Shown here: piece by piece, positions 60,694 to 64,000 of the stretch | Layout of the letters: the number at the start of each line of letters is the position of its first letter | Position numbering within the stretch: the first letter of the stretch is position 1 | Assembly (NCBI RefSeq): GCF_006345805.1 | Contig: NC_043020.1 | Coordinates: forward strand, 28,892,001 to 28,956,000 | Direction of reading: 5' to 3' | Source of the DNA: Octopus sinensis | Lineage: Eukaryota | DNA: 64,000 nucleotides | Notes under the pieces: generated by a model | Database searches by the model: none | What the model saw: only the letters and a program-made list of their open reading frames with translations | Told to the model about the DNA's origin: nothing | Position numbers and translations under genes: made by a program

Positions 60694-63477
60694 TAGCAGA
60701 AATATCTGACATTGCTTGGGATTAAAATGGTATAGTTTTATATTCTTTTACTTGTTTCAGTCATTTGACTGTGGCCATGCTGGAGCACTGCCTTTAGTAG
60801 AACAAAAGGAAAGAAAGAAAGAAAGAGTGAAGAGTGTGTGTGTGTGTGTATGTGTATATATGTATGTATATAAGTATATATATATACACACACACGCATG
60901 TAGGGTTTAAATGTAACTGCTGTTGCAGTGAAGATGTAAGGTTCTCTAATTGGTGACCCCAAGTGAAGAAGAATACTGAACAATAGAAAATGGTATTCAC
61001 ATGTTTATTTGCTTGCAAGTGGTGAGAAAGTCTGTTGTCTTTCAGGACAGCCATTAAAAAAAATTTTGTTTTTTAGCTAAATAAACACAGACACTATACA
61101 TTCGTTCTTCACTCATTTATTATTGTTCTTATTTTAACTTGTGTCCATTGTCCAGAAATCTTTCATCACACCTCTTCAGCAACACTTTCCATTCTCACTG
61201 CTCTACTTGGTAGTAATTGTTAATAATTGACAGGGACAAAGCTTCGTCTGTTGGTTGTTGTGAATTGTGCTGACAGAGAGAGAGAGAAAGAGAAGGATTA
61301 CACTCTGTTGACAAAGAGAAACAAAGGATAAAGATGGCATTGTCCTCTTTTGATTCTGGCCAAAAGCTGCTCTTCAAATGGGACTGGGGAAAGAAATGCC
61401 CTCTGTTATATACTCTATGGACAGGATGTAGGTCAAATCCAAAGCCAAGGACAGACACTTCCGTGACCAGCCGAGGTTCTTTGAAGTCAAGTGTTTTCCA
61501 TTAATCATCCGGTGTGGAGATGCAAACACAAAGGGATTTCAGACCTGTTTGACAAACAGCAAGCAAGTGGATTTAGTTTCAAACCTCAGGCAGGGCAAAG
61601 CGAGGTCCGTGACCGCTTGTGTACCATTGGCGATATTTTTCCTCCGTCTTCCCTTCCTTGGACCTTTCCTTTTCCTGTTTCTGACAAAGAGCTCCGCTCG
61701 AAACGTTAAGTCCTCCTTCTTTCTTTCCTTTCCTGAGCGTCTAATAACACTATACTTGTTCCACGTCCTCACGTTGTTTTCATGTTTGGATTAACTTTAC
61801 ATACACACACACATATATATATATATGTGTGTGTGTGTGTCTTCTTGTCATGACATCACATTATTGTTGTAAATGAGCATCACTGTTATACAAGCAGTAT
61901 AATTTGTTTTCTAATGACACCCCTGAAATGCAACAAAATCTGTTTCAACATGCAAAAGGTTACCACTTATTTTGTGTAAGAATTTGGTTCGTAAAATGTT
62001 TATTTTAGCGTAATTTATTTGCATCGGGTTATACTGAGCTGACAATTCCAAAAGGTCTTTATAATTTTATAGGAAAAAAGAAAAAAAAAAGAAATATTAA
62101 ATATTCCGCGCTTCTTCATTTTTGATGTAAAATTCAAATTTGAAATCTCAGTTTAACTTAATCTAGACGGGATTGTCCCCCCTTACGATATATTATCTTT
62201 TTCATTACGCCAAGGAATAAGGGAGGCTACTCATGATCTACTTAATTTTTTTCTTCTTCTTTATAATCCGAGTAGTTTTCATCAAGGGGACTCAAACTTT
62301 AAGGTCTGCACTCTGAGTGGTATGCCACTAAAATTCCGTTTTGAATAGCAGTGATTTTGTGGCTGCCTTTCTAAAGCGACTAGAAGTGGATTCCCGTTTA
62401 GCAAGTAGGTACAAAATAAAACAGAATTGAAAAGGCAAACGTTTTTATTCACCTGCCTGACACCCGTGGACATGTTTAAAAAGTCAGAAAACAGCACAGC
62501 TCCTTCCATGACTTTCGGAAACATTTTTTCCTGCTAAGAGTTGCTGAAGCATGGAACAAACTGCCGGCATCAGTTGTTAGTTGTCGGAGCATCCTTCAAA
62601 ACCTCCGTGGGTCCTGAATGTTTTCTGTACGTAGTTTTACGTATACGAGAGGTATAGTTAGTAGTAATCCACAGATAGCGATAGAATGATGTTGTAAGAA
62701 TAAGAGCCAGAGAGAATTATAGGGTGTTGTCCACAGTAAACTTCATTTCTCCCTCTGGTCAAGATTGTAGCTGGTCAGCCAGACTACGTTCTCCCCGAGT
62801 GGTGACTAACTCTGGTTGACTCTTCGTCACCGGCTGGTGAATAAAAACTGATTTTTGCTTGGGATATGCTTGCTTATATAAAGATCCAGAAGGATAGATA
62901 TATCATTGAGAAGAATAGATTTAGTTGGTGGTCTTGTTATCTATTCTAGCTTTTGGTGAAGTAGAAGAGGTTAGAAAGAGTCAAGTGGTGAAGATATTAT
63001 TTTGGCCTAGCTAAAGGCATCTGGAAAATGTGAAAACTGCTGTCAGAGAAAACCCATTGTTTCACTAGGGGGAAAAGTTCTGTAGCAGTGTTGATTTAAA
63101 TTTGGCTATGTTGGATCTAATCCGCTTCTTGCATGCAAGATTCGCTACATATATAAATATTTATACAAGTTTTCCAAGAAAAGGGACAATTGATGTTGCA
63201 TTGCTGATATGCCCAGCCCGTTACAGTACAGGGAGCAAAAATATGGAAATAAAAATGGATACTGAAAAGGTGATAATATACATAAAAATCATGGTTTTGT
63301 TCACCAGATCGGAGGTGCATTATATTCTTGATGAAAACACTTCATTTCTCGTTGCTTCAGTCCACTCCGTTGCAAATGGGTCACCCAAAAACAGACTGGC
63401 GTTCCATTCAGTGGGGAATGTCAGCCTACCTGCCTAGGAATGCGAGGAAGTGTATTGTGATCAGTGGTGTATAACAT

Positions 63478-63830
63478 CGTGGTGATCTCATTCTCGCCCA
63501 CAACATCATAAGCGGAAAGTGTAACCTCTCGAAAGAGCTGTTCTTCACTCCTGCTCCAGAGCGTCGGCTGCGGGGTCATTCCGAAAAGCTCTACCTGCGA
63601 TGATTTCATCTCAATCGAAGGAGAGGAGCTTTCTCCGTCCGGGTTGCGGATCCGTGGAACAAGCTGCCAGACGAGATGGTGAAGATGCCAACGACCGCTT
63701 TGTTCAAAGCCTCCCTGGACCTCAAGTGGCCTGAACTCTTTACATGAACACCACCCTGTACTTAACTCCATGTCCCCCTACATGGCCTTGCTATTTGCTT
63801 TTGAGCCAAATTAACTAACTAACTAACTAA
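63478..63830 (+). mobile_element. CR1-clade LINE 3' end with (TAAC)n tail. A second CR1 family occurs at about 62440-62610+, 41590-41790- and 41890-42130-
   Basis: RGDLILAHNII...RLRGHSEKLYLR*FHLNRRRGAFSVRVADPWNKLPDEMV...FKASLDLKWPELFT*. Confidence 0.87.
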
Positions 63831-64000
63831 CATCCGATTGTCTGATTGGTACAGTGACAAAGACAATAATGATGGCTCTTATGATGGTGATGTTTGATAG
63901 AATGCCCTGTGGTACTGGTTCAAACTCTTTGCATTGTGAGTTCAAATAATGCCAAAGTCAACTTCGTCTTTCCTGGTTTAGTGATCAATAAAAACCTATG

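Noticed and set aside
62776-62836. Third hammerhead-like motif on the minus strand (cagccg-GTGACGA...GAGAAC-gta-GTC-tggctg)
   Set aside because: C3 is missing, GAAA is not intact, and helix II does not abut the core.
63102-63437. 111-aa plus-strand ORF
   Set aside because: Contains a SINE C fragment, abuts a CR1 remnant, and shows no recognisable domain.

Overview
Eukaryotic, AT-rich, microsatellite- and SINE-saturated DNA. The repeat landscape and gene style point to a cephalopod, most likely Octopus (inference). The main gene is a complete minus-strand UBE4A (Ufd2-family U-box E4 ubiquitin ligase). I reconstructed 17 GT-AG coding exons by hand (29387-53870; 3126 nt, 1041 aa + stop, all phases consistent). 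Candidate 5'UTR exons and an ETS-NRF1-ETS housekeeping promoter lie at about 57.0 kb. A second, unidentified minus-strand gene has a large exon at about 18.3-19.3 kb with uORFs and a perfect donor; I found no downstream exon, so it probably continues beyond the left edge. The rest is a TE patchwork: four recurrent SINE families (called A-D here), LINE remnants (RTE, CR1, Dong/R4, Penelope-like), and mariner, piggyBac, hAT, Mutator-like and Helitron-type elements. The most interesting signals are: (1) a ~450-bp foldback at the window start carrying two head-to-head Penelope-type minimal hammerhead ribozyme motifs; (2) a CpG-rich Mutator-like MITE with a perfect 9-bp TSD beside the UBE4A core promoter; (3) a SINE family with variable 5' monomer arrays, including a 67/134-bp higher-order array 30 nt from a splice donor; (4) a candidate poison exon in UBE4A; (5) inverted SINE pairs around UBE4A exons. 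No CRISPR array, rRNA or intact tRNA gene was found.
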